This document shows, one piece after another, positions 28,194-39,104 of a stretch of DNA of 64,000 nucleotides (within the stretch, counting starts at the first letter, position 1; every line of letters begins with the position of its first letter). This DNA is from Candidatus Sumerlaeaceae bacterium (GTDB lineage Bacteria > Sumerlaeota > Sumerlaeia > Sumerlaeales > Sumerlaeaceae). A program made the translations under genes and the position numbers. The stretch is from contig JBMFRB010000001.1 in NCBI GenBank assembly GCA_049968255.1, forward strand, positions 128,001 through 192,000, in the 5' to 3' direction. The notes beneath the pieces were generated by a model. It saw only the letters and a program-made list of their open reading frames with translations. It ran no database searches and was not told the DNA's origin.

Positions 28194-29204
28194 CTATTTG
28201 AGCCGCGCCACCACAGCATCTGTAAACTGTGTCGTTGTAGCGTTTCCGCCTAGGTCTGGTGTGAGACAGCTTTTGTCGCTCAACGCGTCGTAAACGGCCT
28301 TTTCAACACGGGAGGCAGCTTCATGCTCGCCTAGCCAACGCAGCATCAGCACGCCACTGAGGATGAGAGCTGTAGGATTTGCAATGTTGCGTCCCGCAAT
28401 GTCAGGGGCACTGCCATGGACCGCCTCAAATACGGCGACATCTGCACCTATGTTTGCGGCGGGCACGACCCCCAGTCCGCCGACAAGTCCGGCGCACAGG
28501 TCGCTTACAATGTCACCGTAGAGATTCTCGAGCAGCAGCAAATCGAATTGTGAGGGATCACGGACAAGCTGCATGCACAGGTTGTCCACGATGATTTCCG
28601 TATATTGAATGTCGGGAAAGTCTTTAGCGGCACGTCTGCAGCACTCGAGGAAAAGCCCATCGCTGAGTTTCATGATATTGGCTTTGTGAACAGCGGTGAC
28701 TTTTTTGCAGCTGTTTTTTCTGGCATATTCGAAAGCAAAGCGTGCAATGCGTAGCGAGGCTGCCTCGGTAATGACCTTTAGGCTTTCGACGACACCTGGC
28801 ACAACGATGTGCTCGAGACCAGAGTAAAGGTCTTCTGTATTCTCGCGAATGACCACGAGGTCCACATTCTCATACCGTGTCTTTATCGCGGGAATAGATT
28901 TTGCCGGCCGCACATTTGCGTAAAGATTGAGTTTCTGGCGAATCGCGACATTTGCGCTGGCAAAGCCGCCACCAACAGGCGTGGTGATCGGCCCTTTGAG
29001 CGCCACACCGTTTCGGCGAATTGAGTGGAACACGTGCTCCGGAACTGGCGTCCCGTATTTGACCATGACTTCTCCACCCGCTTCGACCTCCTCCCACTCG
29101 AATGGCAGCCCCGTGGCTTCTAGTACGCGTACTGCAGCCGTTGTGACTTCCGGGCCAATGCCATCACCTGGAACTAGCGTAACACGATAGGATTTAGAGC
29201 TCAC
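28194..29204 (-). CDS. icd: NAD-dependent isocitrate dehydrogenase (IDH3-like) / IPMDH family
   Basis: AAGGAG then GTG at 29204; PGDGIGPEV, KGPITTP, RENTEDLY, VHKANIMK, NLYGDIVSD, FEAVHGSAPDIAG. Confidence 0.8.
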   Translation of the reverse strand: MSSKSYRVTLVPGDGIGPEVTTAAVRVLEATGLPFEWEEVEAGGEVMVKYGTPVPEHVFHSIRRNGVALKGPITTPVGGGFASANVAIRQKLNLYANVRPAKSIPAIKTRYENVDLVVIRENTEDLYSGLEHIVVPGVVESLKVITEAASLRIARFAFEYARKNSCKKVTAVHKANIMKLSDGLFLECCRRAAKDFPDIQYTEIIVDNLCMQLVRDPSQFDLLLLENLYGDIVSDLCAGLVGGLGVVPAANIGADVAVFEAVHGSAPDIAGRNIANPTALILSGVLMLRWLGEHEAASRVEKAVYDALSDKSCLTPDLGGNATTTQFTDAVVARLK

Positions 29205-29289
29205 CGTGATGTTCTCCTTGTGAACGGTTTTGAAATTGACTGCCAAGTCATTGCGGCGCCAGAACTGTGCCGCGAAAGCAGTAGTATCC

Positions 29290-30978
29290 ATGGCTGGCCG
29301 GAAAAAGCGCAAGGGGGAAGTACTAGCAAACGCCTCAGCACAGCAGTTCTGCTCGAAATGGCCGAGGCGCACGATTCTGGCGTTCTTTCTCTTTTTGCTG
29401 ATCGTTGTGTATCTGTATCGCTGGGCAACGCACCCCCCGGCGGTCAAGCAGGCCGAAGGACAAGTCAAACGCGACAGACTTCGCTACGCCATGGGTGAAA
29501 CTCTCGCCTTCAGCGAACCCGCGCTCGCACAGACGACAGAAAACGCACTCTGGCTAGCGCAAGTGTGCGAGGGGCTCGTACGGTTTCATGCTGACTCAGT
29601 GGAGGTTGAACCAGCACTCGCGGAAAGCTACAGTGTGTCGCCCGACGGCAAGGAATGGACATTTCGCTTGCGACAAAACGTGCAATTTCATGATGGCACA
29701 CTGCTCGATGCAAGCGCCGTGCGCTTTGGCTTCATGCGCCTTGTTGACCCGAACCACCCTTATCATCTGCCCGCAGCGCTGCCGGTGGCCCGAGCAATCT
29801 TCGGCGATGAACGCAACCCGCACAGTTGTTACCTGCGTGATATTCGCACGCCGGACGACCACACAGTCGTCTTGGTGTTTTCACAACCCGACGCAGGACT
29901 TCTCCGACGCCTGGCCCGCGTGGAGGCAGCGCTCAATAGCCCAAGGGCTGTGCAGACAGCTGCGGCAGAAGGTCAAACGACAGTCGTCGGGACCGGTCCG
30001 ATGCGAGTGAAATTTATACGCCAGGGGTTCTCCGTGACACTTGAGCGAAACGAAGCCTATTGGGGAAAACTCGCTTCGATCCGCGAGCTTGAATTCCGCA
30101 GCGTGCCGGAGACCAATGATCGCGAACGGGCGCTGCGCGAGGGCCAATGCGATATCGCACAGAGATTTCCGCCCGCACGGTCTTGGGAGCTGCGACAAAC
30201 CAAAAACCTAAAGGTATACGACGGGCCAGCGATGCATCAATGCGTGCTGTGGTTGAATCTCAACTCGGCACCCCTGAACGAAGTAGCTGTTCGCAGTGCG
30301 ATCGCTGTGGCGCTCGACCGCAAGGCTGCCACAGACTCCATGCTTAGGCGTTTTGCTACACCTGCCTATTCCTTTTTCCCCGTGTCAGTGGGCGACGGCC
30401 CGACGACGGAGGTCTTGCCTCGTGGCGCAGAACGGGCGCGGGCAAAACTTCTTCTCGAGCAGGTGGGATTCAACGAAGGCTTCACCCTGAAATTGTTGAC
30501 CCCCAGCGAGGAAAAGATTTGGAACCCCGTTGGGAAAGCGTTGGGCGTTTGGCTTGCAGATCAGCTCCGAGATCTCAAGATCAATCTCGTGTGTGAGACA
30601 CTCCCAACCGATGAAGTTCGTCGGCGAATCATGGCGGGCGATTTTCAGGCGGCTCTGTGGGGACTCGCAACGCCGGCGGGCGATGCTGTTGATTTTGTGC
30701 GCCAACTCATGCCTCTTGCAGAAGTAAGTGGAGCGGCCCGTCTTCTTTCTCAGCCACCTGCAGCAGAGTTGCTCGGTGATGCGACACGCGCTGCGACAGC
30801 GCTGGATCGCCAGTCAGCTATGACGCGATTGAATGCGTGGCTTGCGAAAAACCTTCCCTGGGTTCCACTGTTTCAAGCCCATCAAGCGATCGTCTGCCGA
30901 CGTGAGATTGGCGGGTTCATCCTCAATCCTCTGGGCCAACATCGCCTCTGGGAGCTCTGGTGGGACATAAGGAGGTAA
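29290..30978 (+). CDS. ABC transporter substrate-binding protein, family 5 (peptide/nickel), TM-anchored
   Basis: EGLV, VEPALAES...DGKEWTFRLR..V.FHDG, VGTGP, LERN..YWG; start uncertain. Confidence 0.85.
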   Translation: MAGRKKRKGEVLANASAQQFCSKWPRRTILAFFLFLLIVVYLYRWATHPPAVKQAEGQVKRDRLRYAMGETLAFSEPALAQTTENALWLAQVCEGLVRFHADSVEVEPALAESYSVSPDGKEWTFRLRQNVQFHDGTLLDASAVRFGFMRLVDPNHPYHLPAALPVARAIFGDERNPHSCYLRDIRTPDDHTVVLVFSQPDAGLLRRLARVEAALNSPRAVQTAAAEGQTTVVGTGPMRVKFIRQGFSVTLERNEAYWGKLASIRELEFRSVPETNDRERALREGQCDIAQRFPPARSWELRQTKNLKVYDGPAMHQCVLWLNLNSAPLNEVAVRSAIAVALDRKAATDSMLRRFATPAYSFFPVSVGDGPTTEVLPRGAERARAKLLLEQVGFNEGFTLKLLTPSEEKIWNPVGKALGVWLADQLRDLKINLVCETLPTDEVRRRIMAGDFQAALWGLATPAGDAVDFVRQLMPLAEVSGAARLLSQPPAAELLGDATRAATALDRQSAMTRLNAWLAKNLPWVPLFQAHQAIVCRREIGGFILNPLGQHRLWELWWDIRR

Positions 30979-30981
30979 GGC

Positions 30982-33900
30982 ATGGAGTCGTCGGCGAGGC
31001 ACAGGAAAGAGGGAAACGCCTCCTCCTCGGATCACAAGCGAGGGGAACTGTCGCCAGAACAAAAGAAGGCGATTGATCGGCGTGGTCATGCCGTGGTCCT
31101 GGCCGGCGCGGGGTCGGGAAAAACAAGCGTCATCGTCCAATGGTATTGTCGTGCGCTTCTTGACTACTTCCCGACGGCAAGCGTCGAAGACGTGATTGCG
31201 GTGACCTTCACGGAAAAGGCTGCGTCCGAGCTCAAGGCGCGCATCCGCAAACAATTGAAAAACCTTCGTTCAGAATTTGCGAAGGGCACCGACTCCCAAA
31301 GCAGAGATCGCATCGAGCGAATCAATCACGTAAACAGCTTCCTGATGCTGGCACCAATCGGCACAATTCACGCTCTTTGCGCGCGTTTGCTCCGGCGGTT
31401 CTGGCGCGAAGCAGGAGTCGACCCTTACTTTGTCATCGTGGAGGAAGTCCAGCAGTTTGACCTTATCCAGCAAGCCGTAGAGCGAGCAATCGACCTGTGG
31501 GAAAGTGCAGGCACCGAGCAGCCGGGGAAACTGGCCGTGCTTTTTGCCGCATTTGGCTCGCCTAAGCGACTTCGGGCTGAAATGGCAGAGATGCTGAGGC
31601 GGCGCGCGGAATTTCTAAAGCCATGCGAGAACTTCTGCCAGAAGTCTAGCGAGCAGTTGCACAAGGAGTGGCTAGCCACAGCACGGGAAAATGCGTTTCT
31701 CATCACAGCCCCCGCGAAGGAGAAGTTGGAGAAGGCAGCGCAGCAGATTCGCAGCAAGCTTTGCCCTGAGAAGATCCCCTTTGTCGTGGATCAACTCTTG
31801 CCGCGAATCGAGGAGTTCGAATCGCGACCTGACGACGACGGGGAGAAATGGCGGTTCGCCTCTGAGTGGCTCTCGTTGATGTTTCCTGCCGATGGGACTC
31901 TGACCGAAGAGCTGCTGGCTGCCCTAGGCGGGCAAAAGCGTCTTTCTGGCTTGAACGAGCTCAGAGAAATTCATGAGCTGCTAAGAGCCTTGTTTGACCC
32001 AACCCACCCACCGACGCGCCAAGGCATCGAACTTGCTAAAGTGATGAGCGAGTTTTTTCGAACTGTGTTGGAATGTTATCGCCACCTGTGCGACGGCGCG
32101 AAGAATCCTTCAGGCCACGACCTACTCGACTTCGCGGAACTTGAGCTGCGCACAGTTCGCCTTCTCCAAAACCCAGAAGTGCGCAGAGAGCTTCAGAAGG
32201 AAATTAGAGCACTCATCGTTGATGAGTATCAGGATACAAGCGACATCCAGTGGGAGATCTTTCGCCTCCTTCTCTCGCCTCCCGAAAGTGAAAGAGAGAA
32301 GAACCAGGCCTTGCCATGGCTTTATGTCGTCGGCGACCCTTACCAGGCAATCTACGGGTGGCGCCAAGCTGGTCATGAGGTCTTCGACAAAACCATACGC
32401 TGGGCAGGCCAGCAATCGGCGGGCGAAGTAGTGCACATGCTTTCCACGAACTTTCGCACACAAACGTTACCTCTTAATATTATTAACAAATTATGCAGTC
32501 ATCTTTTTGACTCTCAACGTGAGAACAGACCGAACTCTGAGCCTCAAATCAGTTTCCAACAACTCTTTGCCTGGCGCGCGAATACCTGGGGGCAAATGGT
32601 CTGGCTGCATTATACCCCAGTGGATGAGAAAAACGGGGGTCCAAAGAAGCTAAGGCCTCAAGTCGCAGCCTCTGACACAAGCTCTGAACGTGAGAGCCCG
32701 CAAAGCGCTCAACAGGAATCGCCAGAGATCGTTCAGGTCAAAAGTGTCGTGACCCTGCTCAAGCAAATCGTTGGCAGAGGCGAACCGTTCGTGCTGAAGA
32801 ATGAAAACGGGCAGGAGAAGGCTTTGCAGTGGGGACATGTGGCATTTTTGTGCCGCAAACGTAAGCACTTTCCGACTGTGGAACTGGTGCTTCGTGCTTC
32901 GGGTATTCCATTCAAGACGCATGCGGGCTCGGGATTCTATGAACGACCGGAAATCATTGAGATTCTCAACGCCCTCCGAGTGCTCGCCGATGAAGAGGAT
33001 AGCTTCTCATTGCTTGGCTTCCTGAGGGGACAACTTATTCGCTGTCCGGATTCGACCCTGTTTAAACTCTCCTGTCATAACGGCAACAACCTGTGGCAGA
33101 AGTGCAAGAGTGCTCTCGGAGACAAGCGCGGCACACAAGAGCTTCCCGAAGCGGTTCGTCTCGCCACCTGGGAGCGCGAGCGCATCAGATTTGCGTGCGA
33201 TGTCTTGGAGCAATGCCAGCGGCGCGTGGGTGTTACCCCAATTGACCAACTCATCACGGATATTCTTGAACGGACAAGCGCCTGGGCTGCGAGCGGACTT
33301 TATGACCATCCCGAACAAGTCAGGGAAAACCTCAAGAAGCTCATCGCGATAGCGCACCAACGCAAAACAACAAGTCTGGAAGGCTTTCTCGAATACATGG
33401 ATCAGCAGGAAGCGTCGGAAGAGGTCGAAGGATTGGCTCCGGTTCTGGAAGAAAGCGAGCAGACAGCAAAAATCCTCACGGTTCACGCGGCGAAGGGGTT
33501 GGAGTACCCAATCGTTGTGCTCCCCTTTTTAGAGGGAGGGCTTTTGCGCCGTTCGAGCAACAAACCTTTGACCGATGGGGTGGCATGGTTTTCTTCATCC
33601 AGAGTTTCTGATTCCGGCATTTTCCGCTACCTGCAGGAAAAAGAGCTTCGTCGTCAGGAGGAGGAAGAAAAACGCGTCTTCTATGTCGCTCTCACCCGGG
33701 CGCAGGACCTCGTGGTGCTCTCCTCTAGCAAGCCCAAACGACAGCCTTCGGGCCCTACGGTACTTTCGTGGCTTAACAACTATTGTGAACGCACAGAAGT
33801 CAGCTCGTGGGATGAGCTCGTCCAGGAAATGAGCAAGGCGTCGCAGAATGTGGCACTGAAACTGGAGTTCTCGGAGCCGCCGCCACAACAGCCCAATACG

Positions 33901-34878
33901 TGTACTTATGACATGCGCGCCGGAACTTCACTGGAAGAACTTTATTCGACCTACTTCGAGAGAGTGCAGCACTTGGCCGTGCAAACATTTCCTCGCGCAG
34001 AGCCACAGGACTGTGCCCTGTTAGATCGGCCACCGTTTGCTCCTCCCCTCATGCGGAAAGAGCGCAGCATTTCTGTAGGGGTAAGCGAGTTTCTCACGTT
34101 TTTGCACTGTCCGCGAGATTATTATGAACAGTATATTCTCGAACTCCCGCCGCTGCTCTCGGAAAGTAAACTGCGACGTGTGCCGCAACAGGGGGGCATG
34201 CTCAGTGCATCAGAGAAAGGCCGCCTGCTTCATACTCTCATAGAGGACCTTTTGTTGAGCCGGCCGCGACAATGGAATACTGATGTGGAACAGAAACTAC
34301 GGTGGAAGGCCAAGCAAACCGCCAATGAGAGCCTCGATCCCGCGGTGTTGGACGAACTCGTGGCCCATGTGAAGGGCGCCTATGACGCCGGCAAATTCGA
34401 GCGTTTGCTGAGGGCGCATCGGTGTTGGATCGAGCAATATTTTCTCGTGGTGGTTGACGAAAAGCTTGCCCTTAGTGGAAGAACGGATTGCGAGTACGAA
34501 ACCGAAGAGGGATTGGTCGAAATAGCAGACTTCAAAACAGGGACGGGCGAATGGGAGGAAACTTATGGAAAAGACTATTATGAGCTACAGATGAAGATTT
34601 ATCTTTGGATGTTAGCAACGCGCTTTCCACATCAGCCATGCTACCGAGCAACGTTGCTTCACACAGCACCCAGTGTGCCTAGTGAGGACATTTGCCTTAC
34701 AGCGCAAGAGCTCACAGGTTTCGGCGAGTTTCTAAAAGCGCAAGCAGCGGAGTTTCGCAGTTTTCTCAACCGCTATGCCGTTGGTGATCTTTGCCTCGGC
34801 GCCCAGCTCAACGATGCGCTCGATGCTGAGTGTCGCCGTCGCAAAAAACCTTGCCCGAAACACCTTGTCGCCGACTAG
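30982..34878 (+). CDS. addA: AddA/UvrD-like SF1 helicase fused to a PD-(D/E)XK nuclease
   Basis: AGAGSGKT, VTFTEKAA, VDEYQD, VGDPYQAIYGWR, TVHAAKGLE, YVALTRA; C-terminal GRTD...ADFKTG...Q..Y. Confidence 0.8.
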   Translation: MESSARHRKEGNASSSDHKRGELSPEQKKAIDRRGHAVVLAGAGSGKTSVIVQWYCRALLDYFPTASVEDVIAVTFTEKAASELKARIRKQLKNLRSEFAKGTDSQSRDRIERINHVNSFLMLAPIGTIHALCARLLRRFWREAGVDPYFVIVEEVQQFDLIQQAVERAIDLWESAGTEQPGKLAVLFAAFGSPKRLRAEMAEMLRRRAEFLKPCENFCQKSSEQLHKEWLATARENAFLITAPAKEKLEKAAQQIRSKLCPEKIPFVVDQLLPRIEEFESRPDDDGEKWRFASEWLSLMFPADGTLTEELLAALGGQKRLSGLNELREIHELLRALFDPTHPPTRQGIELAKVMSEFFRTVLECYRHLCDGAKNPSGHDLLDFAELELRTVRLLQNPEVRRELQKEIRALIVDEYQDTSDIQWEIFRLLLSPPESEREKNQALPWLYVVGDPYQAIYGWRQAGHEVFDKTIRWAGQQSAGEVVHMLSTNFRTQTLPLNIINKLCSHLFDSQRENRPNSEPQISFQQLFAWRANTWGQMVWLHYTPVDEKNGGPKKLRPQVAASDTSSERESPQSAQQESPEIVQVKSVVTLLKQIVGRGEPFVLKNENGQEKALQWGHVAFLCRKRKHFPTVELVLRASGIPFKTHAGSGFYERPEIIEILNALRVLADEEDSFSLLGFLRGQLIRCPDSTLFKLSCHNGNNLWQKCKSALGDKRGTQELPEAVRLATWERERIRFACDVLEQCQRRVGVTPIDQLITDILERTSAWAASGLYDHPEQVRENLKKLIAIAHQRKTTSLEGFLEYMDQQEASEEVEGLAPVLEESEQTAKILTVHAAKGLEYPIVVLPFLEGGLLRRSSNKPLTDGVAWFSSSRVSDSGIFRYLQEKELRRQEEEEKRVFYVALTRAQDLVVLSSSKPKRQPSGPTVLSWLNNYCERTEVSSWDELVQEMSKASQNVALKLEFSEPPPQQPNTCTYDMRAGTSLEELYSTYFERVQHLAVQTFPRAEPQDCALLDRPPFAPPLMRKERSISVGVSEFLTFLHCPRDYYEQYILELPPLLSESKLRRVPQQGGMLSASEKGRLLHTLIEDLLLSRPRQWNTDVEQKLRWKAKQTANESLDPAVLDELVAHVKGAYDAGKFERLLRAHRCWIEQYFLVVVDEKLALSGRTDCEYETEEGLVEIADFKTGTGEWEETYGKDYYELQMKIYLWMLATRFPHQPCYRATLLHTAPSVPSEDICLTAQELTGFGEFLKAQAAEFRSFLNRYAVGDLCLGAQLNDALDAECRRRKKPCPKHLVAD

Positions 34879-34890
34879 TGGGAAGAAACA

Positions 34891-35568
34891 ATGACGGATC
34901 GAACACCGCGCATTATGGCTTTTGCCTCAGCCATTCTTCTCTGGGTGCTAGGTTATGTGGCCGTCACGACGTTTTACGGAAAGTATTTTGACGTCATGGC
35001 GAGCCGTGGCGTTCATTCGCCCCAGGTTTACGAAGAGCGACTGAAGCGTGCTCTGCATTTTGATCCGACGAATGGCTACGTTGCGCTGAAACTTGCGCGG
35101 GTAGCCATGCGGCAAGGTGCAGATGGACTCGCCCTCAACTACCAGCGAGAGGGAATGAAATCGTTTTCCTCGGTGCGGAGCTATGGCCAGCTCGGTTCGA
35201 TCTTGATGCGCAAAACATTCGACCGCGAAGCTGCCGAAACGTTCGAGCGGGCAGTGCGTATGAATCCTAATTACATCGAAGCATGGGAGCAGCTCGGCAT
35301 TCTGGCTCTGCGAGCAGGCGAATCGCAAAATTTGCAGCAGGTGACAGAGGAGATAAGACGGCGCGACCTTAGGAACCTAAACGTTTACTATTTGCGGGCA
35401 AAAGATGCTGAGCGGCGCGGCGATACAAACGGAGCCTTATTGAATTATCAGATTATTTCGGCAGAGCTGGCCCGTCGCAACAAGATGCCGGAGCGGCCAA
35501 TGTTCTCCCGCGATGAAATCCAATCACGTATCAAGCAACTTCTGGAGGAGCGCGACGGACGGCAGTGA
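34891..35568 (+). CDS. Membrane-anchored TPR protein
   Basis: N-terminal TM; ALHFDP, AVRMNPNY..AW..LG TPR patterns. Confidence 0.7.
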   Translation: MTDRTPRIMAFASAILLWVLGYVAVTTFYGKYFDVMASRGVHSPQVYEERLKRALHFDPTNGYVALKLARVAMRQGADGLALNYQREGMKSFSSVRSYGQLGSILMRKTFDREAAETFERAVRMNPNYIEAWEQLGILALRAGESQNLQQVTEEIRRRDLRNLNVYYLRAKDAERRGDTNGALLNYQIISAELARRNKMPERPMFSRDEIQSRIKQLLEERDGRQ

Positions 35569-37067
35569 ACGCGCGACGCCTTTTCTTCTTACTTGTCTTG
35601 GCAATCTTTGGGTTGATCGGTCTTGGTGGGATCTACCGTCTCCACTACTTTCTTTTGACTAACAAAGCGATCTACCTAGCCAACCGTCAAGAGTTCCACG
35701 AAGCGCAAGCGCTGCTAGAATATGTCGTCAATAATCATCCTCAGAGTGTACGTGCGCGACGGGCACTCGCCCAGGTTGAACTCGATTTGGGGAATTACGC
35801 TAACGCAGAATTTCTTCTCATCGGGTTGGAAACATCTCCAGACATCAAGCTGGAAAAAGCCATTTGCTACTACGAGAGTGGGCGAGAGGCGGAAGCTGTC
35901 GAGGAACTTGCCGCAATTCCCATTTCGGGAAAAAGTAGGTGTGAACCTTTGTTGGCAGCAGTCGTGACCAACGGACTCCGCGTGATTCAGGGCAATCCAC
36001 CTTCCTCGGAGTTTCTCTCGATCAAGTGCGACGAGCTAGCGCGTGCACAGGCAAGGTTTTTGCTTAGCCTTCAAAGCCGTGGGGCCCTCATGCGAGGGAA
36101 CCTTGTGCGGGCCCGTGAATTTGCAGCGCGTGCAGTGGCACTCGGCGATCGCAATCCCATCGCGCGGCGCGTTGCCGTCATCTCTTGCGCAGCGACACTC
36201 GACTTCGCAAAAGCGAAATACTTTGCCGACATCAGTGTTCGCCAGCAATTCGATTGGAACGCCTTGTTGGCAGACATTGCAAAAATTGAGACAGATCTCA
36301 CAAGCCGTACGATCGCACCTGAATTCACGAGCCTTCAGGAATATCGACGGCTAGCGTTAGCAGGCGCGAAAGCATGGGCCTTGGCCGAGATTGGCAACAG
36401 TAACGACGATACAAGTGCGGCGGCGGCCAGCGTGGATCTTGCTAAACTGATTGCTGAGAGCATGCCCTACGAAGTGCGCTATCGTTTACTCTATGCTGAT
36501 GCGCTGGCTGGAGCAGGAAGACAAGCGGATGCCTATCAATTGCTTCGGCGCTGGAGCGAGCAACACGATTCCTATGTTATTGATCTTCGCATGGCGGTTT
36601 TGGCCGGATCAGCACCGGATGATGTTTTTCAAAAATATGAAAACGCCGCGAGAGTGGTGGCACGTTTGAGTGCTGACGACTTTCTTACGACAAATGTGGT
36701 CCGAAAAAAGAATGTACTTGCCTTTTACGAGGCAGGCAAATGTGGGGCCTCGTTTTCCGTGCCTGCCCCCGGCAAGTACCTTCTTGTGTTGACCGCACGC
36801 GGCGACCGTGCATTTGGGCTGTCGCCGCTGGTTGCTGTGCGCCTGAACGGCAAGAAAGCGCAGGACGCTTACATTGCGAAGGAGCAATGGGATGTTTATA
36901 CCATTGCGGCGGAACTCGAAGCTGGGCATCATTCGCTTGAACTCGAATATCTGAACAATTCAGAAAGATTGCCCAGTAACGAGGAAGACCGAAACTTCTA
37001 CCTTCATAATGTGATGATCACTCGATTTGAGGATAACGAGAGTGGAACCAACTCAGTTGAACAGTGA
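35565..37067 (+). CDS. Membrane-anchored TPR protein with C-terminal carbohydrate-binding-like beta domain
   Basis: TM, then TPR helices, then PAPGKY..VLTARG...VRLNG...GHHSLELEYLNN...DRNFYL (CBM60-like). Confidence 0.65.
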   Translation: MNARRLFFLLVLAIFGLIGLGGIYRLHYFLLTNKAIYLANRQEFHEAQALLEYVVNNHPQSVRARRALAQVELDLGNYANAEFLLIGLETSPDIKLEKAICYYESGREAEAVEELAAIPISGKSRCEPLLAAVVTNGLRVIQGNPPSSEFLSIKCDELARAQARFLLSLQSRGALMRGNLVRAREFAARAVALGDRNPIARRVAVISCAATLDFAKAKYFADISVRQQFDWNALLADIAKIETDLTSRTIAPEFTSLQEYRRLALAGAKAWALAEIGNSNDDTSAAAASVDLAKLIAESMPYEVRYRLLYADALAGAGRQADAYQLLRRWSEQHDSYVIDLRMAVLAGSAPDDVFQKYENAARVVARLSADDFLTTNVVRKKNVLAFYEAGKCGASFSVPAPGKYLLVLTARGDRAFGLSPLVAVRLNGKKAQDAYIAKEQWDVYTIAAELEAGHHSLELEYLNNSERLPSNEEDRNFYLHNVMITRFEDNESGTNSVEQ

Positions 37068-39078
37068 GCAGCCCGTGCAACCAACGGTGAGCCGACAGAA
37101 TCTCACACCTGACGATATCATCCGTGAAATCGTCAGGTATTGGTGGGCCAAGCGGAAATGGATTGGCAAGATTGTCGTGATCGCGGCGGTTGTCTACGCT
37201 GTGATCTTGCTCCTAGTTCCAAACCGCTATTGTGCCGAAGCTAAGGTGATTATCCTGCCGCCTAAGTTTTCCGCGGAGATTCGCACAGAACCACTTTCGG
37301 TGATCACAGCAAAAGAACTTCTGAAAAGTGGCGAGATGGTGGAATCGCTTATCCGCACCATTCGCGAGGCGAAGCCGTTGGCCGAGAAATTTGTCAAGCA
37401 GTACGACAATGCCCGGCGAGCGGCCGAGGTTTTGCATGCCCTGGGGCGCGAAGGGATTGCAAAAAAGTTGGGCGAAAAATCTGCGGCCCTGGCCCCTTTC
37501 TTCGATCGATGGGGTGCTGAGGAGTTGCAGGCGCTTGCAGAACTCCCCAATTCCGAAATCGAGGACTGGACAATCGAGGTTCTCGGCAAATCATTGGATT
37601 GCGAGGAGATCATCGAAAAAAAGACTGCTGCTGACATTAAGATGTCGCCGCTGCTGAATCTTTACGCGGTCGCAAACAGCGGTCTTAAGGCCCAGCTTTT
37701 GGTGAACACGTGGGCGATCCTGTTCGAGAAAAAATACGATGAGCTTGCTAACGAAAAAACGCGTTATCAATATGATTACATTCTTGCTCAGCAGCAAGAC
37801 GCCGAAAAGGAGCTCGCTAAACAGCAGCAACGCATTGTAGACTTCAAGGCGAAGAACAACCTTGAGTTGCTCCTGCGGGAGATTGACGAATACTCGGCGG
37901 ACTACAAGGAATTCTTGAACCAGCTCGTCCAGAAACGGCATCAAGTCGCGATACTTCGGCAAAAGATCGAAGAGCAGAAAGCGACACTTGCAACGCTGAC
38001 GAAAGATGGCTTCTGGATTGGCGAGCTAGAGGCTGAGCAAATCATGAAGCCTGAAGTGGCAGAAGCCGAGTCGAAATCGGCCGATGTTTTTACGACACAT
38101 TCCGAGACTCCCTATGACGAAGCGCGGTTGCGCACCCTGGAACTGAGAAGCCGGCTCCTGCATTATCTTGCCCGACTAGGGCGTTTCCAGCAGGAGCAGC
38201 CGGTAGAGCTCATAAACAAGGAATTGGATCAGCTGCAGTCGGATTATTTCTCTGCGATTGGCAAATTACGCTCGGCTGATGCACGTGTGGCGATTCTGCG
38301 AGGCGCATTGGCAGCTCTAGATGCGGCACTTTCGTCAACCGAGCGCATCATTGTACTCTTCAAAGATGTTCCGGATGTAAACATTTCGGAGGCATTGCGC
38401 ACCAATCAGCCCCAGCAACTTAAAGCCTTGGCGGGAGTTCAATTCCGACGCGAGGAACTCAATCCTGCATGGACAATTCTTTTTGAGCAGCGGGCAAAAC
38501 TCGAAGCCGAATACCATCAGGCACAGGCGGAGTTGGCCGAATTGCAGCCACGCGTGAAGCAATACGAAGAGCAGGCGCGGGCGTTGCAAATACGCGCTTA
38601 CCGCGCGCGGTTGGCTGAAAGGATGCTGCTTGATTCATTGGAAGCACGAAAAAAGTCTCTCCAGGCCTTGCTTCAGCAATATCTCGACACTCGAAACCAG
38701 GTCCACGACGATTCCATCAGGCTGGGCCTTCTGCTGGGCGACATTCGGGAATTGGAGGAACAAACCAGCCGCACAAAGGCAATGGTGGAACAGCTTCAGC
38801 GGAGATATAACGAGGCCTCAGCACAACTCCAGCTTATGGAGATCCAATTGCGAGCCGTTCAGCGGAACGCGGACTTGCTGACCCAGAAACTGCAGGACGC
38901 TCGAATGGCTATTGCACAACCGGTGAGCGACGTCTCAATCGCGGCTTTCGCTCCAACGCCCACGAAGCACTATTTCCCGCCTCGCACGATCACTCTTATA
39001 GGCTTGACCTTCGTGACGTTACTTACACTCCTGACGTTGCTCGGCCGTTCCCGTTATGTGGAGCTTCAGCGCCGATGA
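37042..39078 (+). CDS. Wzz/Wzc(GumC)-like polysaccharide co-polymerase with long coiled coil, no kinase domain
   Basis: N-terminal TM + PNRY.AEA.V, LLKS motif, extended coiled coil, Pro-rich APTPTKHYFPP + C-terminal TM; no Walker A. Confidence 0.7.
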   Translation: MEPTQLNSEQPVQPTVSRQNLTPDDIIREIVRYWWAKRKWIGKIVVIAAVVYAVILLLVPNRYCAEAKVIILPPKFSAEIRTEPLSVITAKELLKSGEMVESLIRTIREAKPLAEKFVKQYDNARRAAEVLHALGREGIAKKLGEKSAALAPFFDRWGAEELQALAELPNSEIEDWTIEVLGKSLDCEEIIEKKTAADIKMSPLLNLYAVANSGLKAQLLVNTWAILFEKKYDELANEKTRYQYDYILAQQQDAEKELAKQQQRIVDFKAKNNLELLLREIDEYSADYKEFLNQLVQKRHQVAILRQKIEEQKATLATLTKDGFWIGELEAEQIMKPEVAEAESKSADVFTTHSETPYDEARLRTLELRSRLLHYLARLGRFQQEQPVELINKELDQLQSDYFSAIGKLRSADARVAILRGALAALDAALSSTERIIVLFKDVPDVNISEALRTNQPQQLKALAGVQFRREELNPAWTILFEQRAKLEAEYHQAQAELAELQPRVKQYEEQARALQIRAYRARLAERMLLDSLEARKKSLQALLQQYLDTRNQVHDDSIRLGLLLGDIRELEEQTSRTKAMVEQLQRRYNEASAQLQLMEIQLRAVQRNADLLTQKLQDARMAIAQPVSDVSIAAFAPTPTKHYFPPRTITLIGLTFVTLLTLLTLLGRSRYVELQRR

Positions 39079-39104
39079 GCGTTGTCAGGGGGAGTGGATG
39101 AGAA

